Assembly: GCA_951406725.2 (NCBI GenBank)
Contig: OX597816.1
Location: 179,552,001 to 179,616,000 of the forward strand
Reading direction: 5' to 3'
From: Octopus vulgaris
Taxonomy: Eukaryota
Length of the DNA stretch: 64,000 nt
Positions within the stretch are counted from its first letter, which is position 1, and each line of letters begins with the position of its first letter. The notes beneath the pieces are model-generated. The model ran no database searches and was not told the origin of the DNA. It was given only the letters and a program-made list of their open reading frames with translations. The position numbers were made by a program, and so were the translations under genes. Positions 12,640-25,678 of the stretch are shown piece after piece.

Positions 12640-12950
12640 GAAGGCATCTGGCTTAGTGGTTAGATAATTGGCTCATGATGGTAAGGTCATGAGTTTGATT
12701 CCCAGTGGCACACTGTATCCTTGAGCAAGATACTTTATTTCACATTGCTCCAGTCCTCTCTGCTGGCAAAAATAAGTTGTACTTGTAATTCAAAGGGCCA
12801 GCCTTGTCACATTGTGTCACACTGAATCTCCGAGAACTACACTAAGGGTATGCATGTCTGTGGAGTGCTCAGCCACTTGCATGTGAATTTCACAAGTAGG
12901 CTTTTGCTGATTGTATCAATTGGATCTTCGTCATTGTAACTGAAGTCCCA
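12640..12950 (+). mobile_element. tRNA-derived SINE, family C
   Basis: A-box TGGCTTAGTGG, B-box GAGTTTGATTCC, body ttgagcaagatactttatttcac. Related copies at ~14485-14765 and ~57990-58235. Confidence 0.75.
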
Positions 12951-15247
12951 GTTAATTTATTGAATTCAGAAGGTTGGGAAATATCTATTTTGAAATGCAG
13001 CATTATTGATGTTTAAGCAGACAAAAAGCATTCCAGTTATGGCCATCCCATTTTTCTGAGTTATCAAAGCTTATTGTATTTGTATCTTTAATGGTTATGT
13101 GATTTGCAGGAAGTTACTTTTTTTTTTCTCTAGAAAGATATTGCATAGAAGCTCTTTTGTTGGCTTGCAATGTGCAATGTTGTCAGTGACAGACTTTCAA
13201 GAGTCTTTTTGGTTTTTTTTTGTTAACAGATAGTTTACTGAAGATGTCATCACTGTTTACAATAGATAGTTGTCTGTTGTAAAATCAAGTTATTGTTTAG
13301 CTCCAAAGTGAGTTCTGGATGGGCACACTTATAACCAAAAGCACACTGGCTATGCTCATTTTGTTTTTGTTTCAGACAGTATATCTAATACTGTTATTCT
13401 ATGTGCTAGGATGTGATTTAAGGGAAATTTGGTTGCTATTTTCAGCAGGCCAAGTGGCCACTTAGGGCCTCCTTGTTAAAGTAGTTTTAAATGGCAGACA
13501 TGTCATACTGTTATCTATACCACATTTTAAAAATATTTAGTCAAGTTTCAACAGTTTCAGAACACTAAATCACAACTTGGAATGGGAGATGCTGGTGTCA
13601 CCTAACTGGCACCCATACTAGTGACACGTAGAATAATGTGGCACAGAGGCAATGAGAAATAACCAAGACACTTTGACAATATGCTGTGCTTGAGAAGACA
13701 TGTCAAACCGAGTGAAATTGTAGTTGTGGCAGATACTGGTGCCACACAACTGGCACCTGTGCTGGTGGCATGTAAAAGCACACATTACACTCTCGGAGTG
13801 ATTGGCATTAGGAAGGGCATCCAGCTGTAGAAACCCTGCCAGATCAGTCTGGTGCAGCTCTTTAGCTTGCCAGCCCTGGTCAAATAGTCTAACCTATGCC
13901 AGCATGGACAACCGACATTAAATGATGATGATATAAACAGAAATGATTGTAGTGGTTGGTTTCCTTTGATTTTCTTTTGTAAAGTTTTCCATTAAAATTT
14001 TAACTTAATATTATTTGTACATAATCAAACACTTTGCCATAAATTGAACTTAGAACAACAATGTCATAATATTGTACAAATTCAAATTTACTAATGTTCT
14101 AAATTTTATAGAATTTTGTTTGTTTAAAACTGACGATTTATTGTCTGTTATAAACATGACCATTCCATGGCTTCCCAACATTCAAAAGGTGACATTTCAA
14201 TGTCCTTTGGCATCATGTTTGCAAAATGCTGGCGTAAAGGATATCTATAAAATTCCAAGAATCAAGACTAGCGTCATTAAAATAGTAACTACTTGTCGAG
14301 ACACTATTTCATTATGCAACCATAATATTCTACAAAGTATATTAAATGCTTTATAAGTCAATACTATATCCTACCTTGATATCAGTTACTATTAAATCAT
14401 CTTTTATAATGTATGTATTTTTTAATATGCCAGAAATGTGTTTAATAGGTAAAATGGGTTTATCCAATAGTGCTACAACACTGTGAAGGCACATGGCTCA
14501 GTGGTTAGAGCATTGGGCTCAAAATCACGAGGTGCTGAGCACGATTCCTGGACTGGGCTATGCATAGTGTTTTTGAACAAGACATTTTATTTCATGTTAT
14601 TGCAATTCACTCAGATGTAGAAATGAGTTGCGATGTCAGGGGAAGCTGGTATACTTGGGTGACTGCTGGTCTTCTATAAACCTTGCTTGGACTTGTTCCT
14701 TCAAAGGGAACTTTCAAGATGCAATCCTATGGTCATTCATGACTGAAGAGGTCTTTACCCTTTACACCACTATATTTAGTAGCTATTTAAGCAATGAATG
14801 TGTGGATGGTTGATTGGATGTGGTGCTTAATAGAAGGAGCAAGAACTCCTGAAATATGCAGAGACACCCATTGCCCATTGCCTATTTTCTCATCTTAGAT
14901 CACACTTATTTACATTAGATGTATTTGGGAAGGAAACTTCATAAATCAGTGATGGCTATAATCTTTATAGAAAATCTGTAGAGATAACCTTAGTCATTAA
15001 AATAGGTGTGGGTATGTCTATACCTGCACTTCATGGTCCCTGGTGCAGTCCCTCTGCATGGCATCTTGGCCAAATGTCTCCTATAACCTTGGACAGATCA
15101 ATGCCTTGTGAGTGAATTTGGTTGATGGGAACTGTGGAAACCTGTTCTTTGCATGTGAGTGAGTGCATATGCATGTCTTCATGTCAGCACCATTTGAAAA
15201 ATGCTGTCCCTTTAAACTTAGTGGTGTGATAAATAGGTGACTAAACA

Positions 15248-15406
15248 TAGGCACTGGCATGGCTGTGTGGTAAGAAGTTTACTTTTTGACCGTATGGTTT
15301 TCAGGTTCAGTCCCATTGCATGGCACCTTGGGCAAGTGTCTTCTATAGCTTCTGGCCAACCAAAACCTTGAGTAGATTTGGTAGACAGAAACTGAAAGGA
15401 GCCTGT

Positions 15407-15449
<43 letters not shown>

Positions 15450-15650
15450 CAAGCTGAAAGAAGCCTGTTGTATGTGTGTGTGCTTGACAACTGGTGTTAG
15501 TGTGTTTGTTCCCATAACTTGGCTCAGCAAAAGAGACTGATAGAATAAGTACAAGGCTTAAAAAAAGTAACTATTGGGGTCCATTCACTCGACTAAACTT
15601 CAAGGTGGTGCTCCAGCATAGCTGCAGTGTAACGAATGAAATGAGTAAAA
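15248..15650 (+). mobile_element. tRNA-derived SINE, family A, near full length with internal (TG)n
   Basis: Colinear with 56449-56850. Other decayed copies at ~36470-36825 (-), 37771-38080, 47275-47770, 53535-53670 (-) and 60110-60300 (-). Confidence 0.85.
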
Positions 15651-15955
15651 GATTAGAGCATTAAACAAAGTGTGAATCTTGAAATATGTATAGGAGTTGA
15701 AATGCTCAATGGAAACTCAAGGCTGTGCTGTGGTATGGATTCATTCTGGGGACTGAATGATTGAGTTTTCAGATGCTACTTTATAAATTTTCTTCTGGTT
15801 TAGCATTTGATTATGCATCATCTCTTCTTGCAGTCATTTAATATCGGTTTCAAATTTTGGTGCAAGGCCAGCAATTTCAGTGGAGGGGTAAGTTGATTAT
15901 ATTGACTCCAGCGCTCAACTGGTATTCATTTTATCCACCCTGAAAGGATGAAAGG

Positions 15956-16724
15956 TGCTATAGCAATAACATTTTAGCCAATTTGAAATGTGGCGCGAAT
16001 TGGCAATATGACGTAATGTCGTATTGCTGAAGAAATATCATTTTCGTTTTTTTCTTATTGGTTAATATAACTGCTCATATAAAGATTCTAGAAGTTTCGA
16101 AAAGAATGTTTGTCCTGTATTTCGATTCTTTTTGGTCAGGTTGAGCAGTTATAAAAACCCTGGATTTGGGGTTTAGTGTTCGTTGGTAGTCACTCAACTC
16201 CACGTCACTCACTCTTTTGGAGACATCGGTAATTTTTATGCCATGTTAAAGTTAATCGCAAAACTATTTTGATCTGTTGGTTAATATATTAGATAGAAAG
16301 AAGAAATTAGCTAAGGAATTTATAGTCGTTTTTCTCCACGACGAAGTTATCTTTCTTACTGTAAAAAAATATAAAATGTTATATTTATATAAATAAAATA
16401 ATTAAAAAGAAAATGTTTCTTTTCACGTTTGTTTTTCAACTGAGCATAGATAAATATGCATTTCTGTAATCTTTGATTTATGTTTCTTATAGCGGTTTAA
16501 AGGACACGATTAAAATATTCAACATACATGGTCGTTGATGTAGCGTTCCATGCGTATATGTCTATATGACGTTATAACTGCAGTTAGGGTTAAAGATATA
16601 ATGATAACACTTGAGTATAAGTGACGTTGAATCATTATAGTCTCCCTTACTCAGAGAAAAGCCTAAATAAATAATATAACCTAAGAGAAAGCTTAAGGTA
16701 GAATAACCGAAAACCGCCGTAGTG
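15956..16724. mobile_element. ~770-bp non-coding element inserted into a family B SINE
   Basis: The SINE stops at ...gatgaaagg (15955) and resumes near ...cctcagtggaatttgaactcagaat (~16732). Insert ends tgctatagc / gccgtagtg are imperfect inverted repeats. Confidence 0.6.
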
Positions 16725-19700
16725 GCATTGGCCTCAGTGGAATTTGAACTCAGAATCTGAAGAACAGCTGAAATGCTAAGTATTTTACCTGGTGTGCTAA
16801 TGATTCTGCCAGACTGCTACCCTAAATTGTCATGTCACCCAGGGAAAATTGAACTCACACACACATTTTAAAAGTGACAACTGTTCCTTAATTTTCACCA
16901 AAATAACAAGTGCAGTCATTTAATATTAAAATTTTATGATAATGGTTGGTAGGATTTGTAAAGTGTTAAGGAAAAAAGTCCAATATAGAATTTAATTGCA
17001 TCCCTTTACATTCCGTGTTCAAATCTGGCCAAGTTTAACTTTTACACTCATCTTTCTGAGGTCACTAAAATAAGTACCATAAAACCCCATGTAATTTATG
17101 ACCTTTTTTACGAAAATAAAAATATTCTTCTTTAGGGGTTGCATAAATTACATGAGTAGATCGTTTCCAGAATTTTTAAAGAATCTTTTTTGTTGATTAT
17201 GCACCATCTCTTCTTGCAGTGTGTGTGTGTGTGTATGATTTCAATTTCAGTCCCACTGTGCAAGTCTCTTCAACCATAACTTTGGGTTGACCAAAGGTTT
17301 GTGAGCATATTTGATAGATGGAAACGGACGCCCATTCTGTGTGTGTACATTTGTTTCCTTCTCTTGATATTGCACAATGAATGTCATTAATTTCCAATAT
17401 TCTGCAAGGACATGTCTGAGGAAATATTACCTTGCTTGGTAGCAGGTGAAGGTTAGCCTCAAGAAGAGCATTAGCTATTGAAAATCTGCCTCAGTAAAGT
17501 CTGACCTACATAAGCATGGAAAAGTGGACTCTAAAATGATTGTACACACACATTAGGCATGTAAGATTTTAAGTATATAATATAAAATACCTGTTGTTGG
17601 AAGTTTGAACTCATGTGATCCAGCTGGATGGTCATATTAGCCATGCTATTTAGTAGGGTTAGGTATTTGGTGAGAGCTGAAATAGGCAGATGGTGATGAA
17701 AAGATGTGAAAGTCTGAATGCAGTAACATTTAGGCTTTCACAAATAAGTGAAAATGGCAGATCTCCTGAAGTGTTTGTGACAAAGTATGGTAAAACTAAC
17801 TAAAATTGTCAATGACTCACAATTCCAAATGAGTCATAGCTATCTGAAAAATGTAAGAAAGTGCTAAAAATTGGTAGTTGTGCTTGTAGAGTGTCTGTCA
17901 ATTTTAGTCAGGTTATTTATTGACCACTGTGACAAAAAAAAAAAAAAAATATCAGAACTCGGCAACAGTGTAATATCTAGATTTAAGAGAAAGTGAGCTT
18001 GACTAATTGAATTAAATTTTGATAAATATCTTTATGCAAACCTGGAAAATAATGAAGTTTGATGGAAATAGCAATAAATCTTTGGTAAATAACTTTAATG
18101 AAAATAGTTGCAGATGTCATTGTTCTCAGCTGTTAGAATGAGAATTCTAGAATGTTGAGAATTTTTATCCATTTTGCAAGCATTGAATGACTAGGAACTG
18201 AGAAGTGTTATGGCTTCACTGCTGGATATGGTTACTGTAAGGTATTTCTATGTATGGGTTTTGAATGTTATAAGGCTGTTATTGAAAATCAAACTAAACC
18301 ATTTTTGTTGTAAGAAGTGAGATAAAAGCATTTTAAAGTCAGTTTACCAGGATTTTGTATTAATGAAGAAATATTTTGTTTCTTTATTTTACTCAGATAT
18401 GATTTATTTTAAGTGTGAAGTTTTGGATTAAGCACCCTATCTCTTTTTATCTCTTAGTAATTTTCTAAGATTACTATTTAAAAGAACAGATTAAAATTTG
18501 TTTTTAAAAAAGTCACTTTTAACTCCCATTTTGTTTTGAAGTACCCAACGGGCTATAACCTCTCCATTTTTTTATTAGTTTAAATACAGGAAATTATGAG
18601 GTGCACACACACGCATGCACGCACACATACACACACGCACGCACATACACACATGCACCCACCTTTTGAAATTTTTCTTGTCTCTCCAAACTCCTGTTTC
18701 AGACAATTCAAATGTAATGTTTACATTTATTTTTCCCAAACATTTTTTGTGAATTGGATTTCAGATTATGATTCTGCATAAGAATGTAATTTATGAAAAA
18801 AAAAAAAAAAATTTAAACCCCACCAGAATCATAATAAATTTAAAACCTCTAATTTAGTAAAATGGTTTTGAAAGAGTCAAAACAGAAAAGCTACAACTGG
18901 TTGCATACTTTAGAAGGAATGTGGGAGAGAACAAAAAAAAAAAAAAGATTTCAATTTTGGAAACTTTTTGTTTTGCTGATGTTTGAAATAAACACTCATC
19001 CCAGATTATGATTGTGCATAAAAGAAATTATTTCCAATCTTTTCAATTACACCACTTTAATTTTTGACGTTTTACAAAATTCTTTTCACAAAGATATTAA
19101 ACATAATGATGCAAGCTGGACTAAGTGTATAGTGACATATTGTCCGTCTATACATTCTGAGTTCAAATTCTGCTGAGGTCGATTTTGCTGTTCATCCTTT
19201 CTGGCTCGATAACAATAAATACCAGTTGAGTACTGGGGTTGATGTATTTGACTCATTCCCTCCCTTGAAATTGCTAACCTTGTTCCAAAATTTGCAACCA
19301 TTATTATTTTTCTTTTTTGTAGCAAAATATCCAACCAAAATAAATAGATATGTTTTAATAATGAAAGCTTTTATATAGTACCTACCCTTTGACAAGAATT
19401 TTTCCAAATATTTTCCAGAGCAAAATATCAAACTAAATAATGAAAAGCAATGTGCATTCAATAATGAAAGCTTCAATATGCTTTTCTTACATTCTAACTA
19501 CAACATAGGTGATAAAACCTATATCTTCTCTCTCTTTGAAAAAGGATGTTAGTTGTTTTTTTTTCTTTTTTCTTTCTGTCACTATTTTTGTGTCATGTTT
19601 CATAACAGTTCTAAATGACTACTACATGAATAGAAATACTGAACAATTTAGGTTTTCATAAGCAAACTACATTATTGCCAATCACAAGCTGTGTGTCTTT

Positions 19701-21869
19701 GTGTGCATGCACACTTAAAGCATTTCAGCAATCTCAAAGATATCTTATTTAGAGCTGCTCAAAGTGCTGAAAGATATTTTCTGTATGAAGTGATACATTT
19801 CTGGAAAAAATGGAATTAACACTGTCACATTTAAGTCTTTGACTTTCTGTGTAAAGCACCAGTGATCTGTTCTGCATCTACTGAAGAGTAATAATTGTTA
19901 CTGTAGTAGCAATTCAATGGTTATAATGTGAAATTTTTCACACAAGTGTAATGAGACAGTTTGTTAGTCGGTCTTAACCATGAGGTTCAGAGGGAAGCCC
20001 TTTTCATACCATATTTCTGTTGAAATACATTACTTAATGAAGAATTAAGTATCTTTGTCATTAACATAAACTAGCATGAAATTTTGATGGAAAATTTTTA
20101 GATCCCTTTGATGTTTGTATCATAGAATGGCAGACACTCTCAGGTTGGTTAGTTTCAAAATGGTTAAAAAGAAAGTGTTGGCAGGGTAGGCAAGGTTTAA
20201 CAGTTGTGTATCTTTTTGCATTTATTAAACACTTGCCTAATTGCACTACAGTGACTTAAAGCTGTGATTATTGATGACGTTGCACTTGGCTCAATCATCT
20301 CTACCAATAAGTTGCCAAGTAATAATAACCTGACTAACCAGCAGAGGTGTAGGTCATCTACCCCACCGCTTTACATTTTTCTCTTCAGATACTGATGTTT
20401 TTGACTAGGGAAATAGCAATTTTGCCAAAATAAATTAGCATATCAAAATTTTAATTCCATTTCATTCCTTTTCATTTTACACTTGTTTTAAGAAAATTTT
20501 CTTTGAAAAAAAAAAAAAAAAAAAAAAAATTGAAGCTTTCAGAGATTTTAAATGTAAATCAGGATCAACCAGTGATATGAAGCATATGTGGGTAAAGCAT
20601 TGTACAGAGAAGCTTATAGTATGACAGGTGATAAACCTATTGCTAATTCACAAGTTTTTAAAACCATAATTCTAATATCTATCCCCAATAATTTGTATTT
20701 TTTGTCTAATTCATTTATAACATGCTACAAAAAATTTTTTTTCAAAACTATCCTTTTGTATTTGTCATTATGTATTATGTTCCAAAATTTCATTAATTGG
20801 ATTACTTTCATCATATAAAGCGAAAACATTAAAGTAATACTTTCAATATTGAATACACTTGATATTTTAATCAAATTAAAAAACAAAATGCTGCATAATG
20901 AGAAGAAAAATATTTTTATCAAAAAAAATATTTTTCAGATTCTGAATCCAAAGTTGCAAAACTTAAACTCTGAAGACCATTAAAAAGTCTAAGAAAAAAT
21001 TGAAACATTTTTTTTTCCCTGCTGAATTGTAGACTGTTTAAAACGAAGAAAAATAAAGTTATAACCAGCAGTACATTTGAAATTTTGAAAAGATTTTATT
21101 TTTGCAGAATCATAATTTCCAATGTTTACTTTTAAATTTCTTCAGATTTCTATGTTGTAAAGAAAAAGAAAAAAAGCACAGTAAGGGTAGAATTACTTAT
21201 TCCAAAATGCCACCAACAGAATTTTTCAAAATTGCACTTGTTTTTCAATTACCTTCTTCCATTTAATGTATGTAACTAACCGTAACTTTTTTTTAATACT
21301 GATTTCTACCCAGTGAATGTGTTTTAAATATAGATTATTCTGGGGGAAAAATACCTTTTGATTCCCTGAAGATTAACTTTTAAAATTTACATCACATTAT
21401 GATCTGTGTTGATACAATGACTATCATCTATATATCTGGTCCAATTCTTTCACTTATCAGAGTTGATAAATATCTTTCTGGCTTCTAAATATTTAGATTG
21501 GTTTGAAAATTAATCAATGCCTAATCACCATTCAAAAACAAGGGATAACAGCAGTCAACTGCACGATAAAAAGATCGAGAAAAATATGGCATTCATCTGG
21601 TTAGAAGTGATTTTGGTTATATAAGGAATGTTATTTTTAGAAAGGTTAGGAGTTTGACACCTGGGCAGTTGGATAGGGTTATTCATTACACATAACTGTT
21701 TCACTGAAAAGATACCCTTTTCTTGATAACATTTTAGTCATTGAAATACCTTTATGGGGTTTTTTTCTAGTGCAACCAAAAATATTTGTCAGTATTTTGC
21801 CATTTGATTTGATATAAATAAATTAGTATATGAACCTGAGTATTTGTCCCTTCAACATTATTCAGGTAA

Positions 21870-22085
21870 CAAGGCAGCAGGCTGATGGAATCGTTACTGT
21901 GCTGAACAAAATGCTTAGTAGCATTTTGTTAATATTTATGTTCTGAGTTCAGATTCTGGTGAGGTCAGCTTTGCCTTTCATTCTTTCAGGGTTGATAAAC
22001 TAAGTACCCGTTGAGCACTGGGGTTGATGTAATCAACTTGCCCACTTCTCGAAATTGCTGGCTTTCTGCCAAAATTTGAAACTAA
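21870..22085 (+). mobile_element. tRNA-derived SINE, family B, near full length
   Basis: aaggcagcaggctgatggaatcgtta...ctgagttcagattc...gcctttcattctttc...ccaaaatttgaaact. Confidence 0.8.
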
Positions 22086-22147
22086 TATTATTTGGGTAGC
22101 ATTTTTTGAATAACAGTTCATTTCAAGTTTTCACAAGTGTGATGAGG

Positions 22148-22185
<38 letters not shown>

Positions 22186-23140
22186 CATAGACTTATGAAA
22201 GTATGTGAACCTAGTTAAATTGGAATTTTCTTGACTTCCATTTATTAAAACAATTTTCTCTGAGCATGTTTATAGATGCTAGTTTCTTTTGATATTTATG
22301 ATGGCTTGTGTTAACTTAGGTTATTTCTCTTTATTTTGGCAAGGAATTGTTCCGATAGCTTTTGTAATGCTTTTGAAACTGCTGTTCTATTATTCCAAGA
22401 TGTTTCGGTGGTAGAAATGATAGTGCAGTACTAAATGATTTTCTGTTAGTTACATTCAGAGTTCAAATCTTACTGGCATTGGATTTTGTTTTTTATTTGA
22501 TTTGTGGAGTGGATAAGAAGCAGCAGCAGCAGCTCAGTTGTTGAGTTGATGAATCAAATCGTCTAAAATTTGTAGCCATGTTCCTATATTAGAAACTACT
22601 TTTTACTGAAATTTACATGAGCCAAATTAACCATTTATTAGTCCTCATCATTTAATGTCTGTTTTCCATGCTGGCATAAGTTCGACCGTTGATAGGGACT
22701 GGTCAGCTGGAGAGCTGTCCAGGCTCTGCCAACCACCTTACAGTTTCTTACTCGACACCAGCATGGGTGCACACTATGCAGTACCAGCACTTGCAACACA
22801 TAGATCTCTCAGCTGAGAGGAGTCAGGGTATGGCCATAAACGACATGCCTGGATGGATGGATGGCTGGGATTTTATTCAGCTTGATGTGTCTTAAGTACA
22901 GCAAATCACCACAAATTTTGGTCCCTTGTCATCTCCTCAGTGAGGCCCAGCATCTGAAGATCCTTTCTCACCACTTCATCCCATATCTCCCTGAGTCTAA
23001 CCCTTCCAAGGTTCCCTCTATGTTGATAAAATAACTACCAGGAATATATTAGGTTTGATTCAATCAGTTATCCATACCTTTTCCCTAAATGTTTTGGTCC
23101 ATATCATAATGCAACACCACTGAATGAGGGCACAGGTTAA

Positions 23141-23196
23141 TCCTGGATATGTGGGGTTCCTTGATTGGTCCTGGATATGTGGGGTTCCTTGATTGG
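23141..23196. repeat. Perfect 28-bp tandem duplication
   Basis: tcctggatatgtggggttccttgattgg x2. Confidence 0.95.
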
Positions 23197-25072
23197 TAGC
23201 TGTCTTTTTGGTACAGCTCATTTTGTACTGTCTGTTTTCTGCATAAACTCCTAAAATCTTTGTAATTTGTCCTTGTAATGCCTCCTTATCTACTGTCCTT
23301 GTGACAAATTGTTACTATTATCATAATAGTAATCCTTTCTATTATAGGCACAAGTCTTGAAATTTTGGGGGAGGGGCCAAGTCAATTGCATCACCCCCTC
23401 CATCCCCCAGTGTTTCACTGGTACTTAATTTATCAACCCCGAAAGTATGAAAGGCAAAATACCATGAAGCATTTTGTCCAGTTTACTCCCAATTCTGCCA
23501 GCTTGCCACTAAGTGAGCTTAGGGCTATTTATGTCCATCTGTATGTTCCTGAGTTTAAATAAGTCCCAATTGAGATCTGGGCTCAATATAATCAATTTGC
23601 CTTGTGCCAAAATTTGAAATCATTATTAGTGGATGATGGAAAAAATCCTTTGTATTTCTGCTACCACTCCACATTCTGAGTTCAACTCCCATCAAGGTCA
23701 GCCAGAGGGATAGACGAAATTGATCTTGATAGAACAAAGTACCTGTGAAGTGCTGAGTTGATGTAATTTTCTAACTCCCTTTTCTCAATTACTGGCCTTG
23801 TGCCTAAATTAGAATTATCTTTATTGTACATTTGCTTTTATAAGTAATTTTCAAAATTTTCAGCATTTCTAAACTTAGCTTGTAAGAATTAACATCAATG
23901 AAATGGAAAATTCCCAAGTTGTACAGATCATATCATAAACTTTGGTTAGCTAGTTTCTTTTGTAAAGGAGAGTAAAAAAAAAAAAAAAAAAAAAAAATAT
24001 ATATATTATACAGCAAATTTATTTATAGTAAAAAATTGTAGTTTATCTACCATAAAAGTTGATTCATATTTTTATGGCTATATTCAGTATTGACTGAATG
24101 GTCAACTGCTTTGTCACCTGTTAAGTCATCAATTTAATTTTGAAATATTTTTCTCTTCATCCATCACTAAATTTTCAATGTCTATTCTTTATAATTTAAC
24201 TTTAGAAGGAATTTCTATCAGACTATTCATTTATTTTTAGCTTCTCATTTTTTAGCAAAAGGTTTTATAGGCTAGCAAATGGTTGGAATGTTTAAAAAAA
24301 TTTCTTCTTGTATTTTTGTTTAATTTCAAGTTACATTTTGCAGGGTTTGAAAGAATATTAATGATGTTCAATGTTTGGCCTTCATTGGCACATTGTCTTC
24401 ATGTTGGGTCAGTATACAACAAACAAGCCAACAAGCATTTTACTTGAGAAAATGAATGTAGATGTTATTAAGTGCAGTTGCATACAGCAGACGGCTAAGA
24501 AATTTGACAAATTTTGAAAAGTTACTTGGCAGTGAATGGGTTGACCAGTCACTATTGCAAATGGTATTTATACACCATTTGCAATACTGACTGGTCAACA
24601 GCTGTTGTATGTATTTCGAGCATACTTGAAATAAGAGCACGTGCTTTTGTTCAAGTTGGTGTTTTTGTTTTTTTAATAACCAGTTTCCTCAAATATGCTT
24701 AAATCAGACCAAACGATGAGATCACTTGTAACATTTTAGCTTGTTTCCATTTGTGGATGGGATTTATATTAGATTTCTTAGTTTCTTAGGCTTAAAATTC
24801 ATGAAACTTATGAAAACCAAGCCTGTTTTACTGGCTGTGGTATCTTGATTGTGCTGTTATTTCTTGCACAGATACTCAACCTTCCCTGTGTCATGTACTC
24901 TTTCCACCATGGTTCAGAATGTTGTTGCTCACATTCAAGGTTGTCTGAATGAAAAAGGTGCATTCCAAATAATACGCCTATACTATTAAATCTTAGTTCT
25001 ATATTTAAGAGATGAGGAATTATGTACATTATTTACATTGGACGGATATTTGTCTTCATCTTGTTTGTTGTT

Positions 25073-25118
25073 AACACAATGTTTCAGCTGATACACCCTC
25101 CAGCCTTCATCAGGTGTC
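25073..25118 (-). ncRNA. Minimal type I hammerhead ribozyme (C3-G8), slightly decayed
   Basis: Minus strand reads gacac-CUGAUGA-a-ggctgg-agggtgta-tcagct-GAAAC-AUU-gtgtt. Comparison with the other arm suggests an ancestral GAAACGUU. Confidence 0.7.
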
Positions 25119-25324
25119 TTGGGGTAATTTTGAACCTGAGTTCTCATTCCAAAGGTATTTTTCGATATTAGTTTGGTCACTGCTTGGAATCGAACTCGGA
25201 ATCTTGAGGTTAGTAGCCCGCGTTCTTATCCCCAAGATTCCGAGTTTGATTCCAAGCAGACATGAATAATAATGACATTGAAAAATACCTTAGGAATGAG
25301 AACCCAGGTTTGAAATTTCCCCAA

Positions 25325-25367
25325 GACACCTGATGAAGGCTGGAGGGTATATCGGCCAAAACGTGTT
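25325..25367 (+). ncRNA. Minimal type I hammerhead ribozyme, probably inactivated (GAAA to AAAA plus a small deletion)
   Basis: gacac-CTGATGA-a-ggctgg-agggtata-tcggcc-aaaac-gtgtt. Confidence 0.6.
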
Positions 25368-25678
25368 AACAACAAACAAGATGAGGACAAATATCCGTCC
25401 AATGTAAATAATGTAAATATTTAATCAGTTACTTGGATTAATTTTATAATTTATAGCTATAGAAAATGTTGGTTGATTTTTTTTTTTTTTCCACATCATA
25501 ATTTCTTCAGACTAAAGTTACTGAAGCATATTTCAATAAAGAGAATCTATAGAATGCTAAAATATTGAGATTTATTTTAACCTGATGGTCACATAGTCAC
25601 TGAGAAATCATTTTTTTACTTCATGAATTGAAAAGCGCTAGAAAGGACAATTTATAATTTGAATTGTTTGAATACAAA

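Larger units (their letters stand above)
25025..25415. mobile_element. Fold-back element with a hammerhead in each arm and a tRNA-like inner hairpin (Penelope-like terminus derivative)
   Basis: Outer arms ~25025-25167 and ~25277-25415. Inner arms tgcttggaatcgaactcggaatcttg and caagattccgagtttgattccaagca. Confidence 0.85.

Noticed and set aside
18530-21240. Large DNA transposon with repeated GATTATGATTCTGCA / TGCAGAATCATAAT motifs
   Set aside because: The motifs are suggestive, but the ends and any coding remnant could not be defined by eye.
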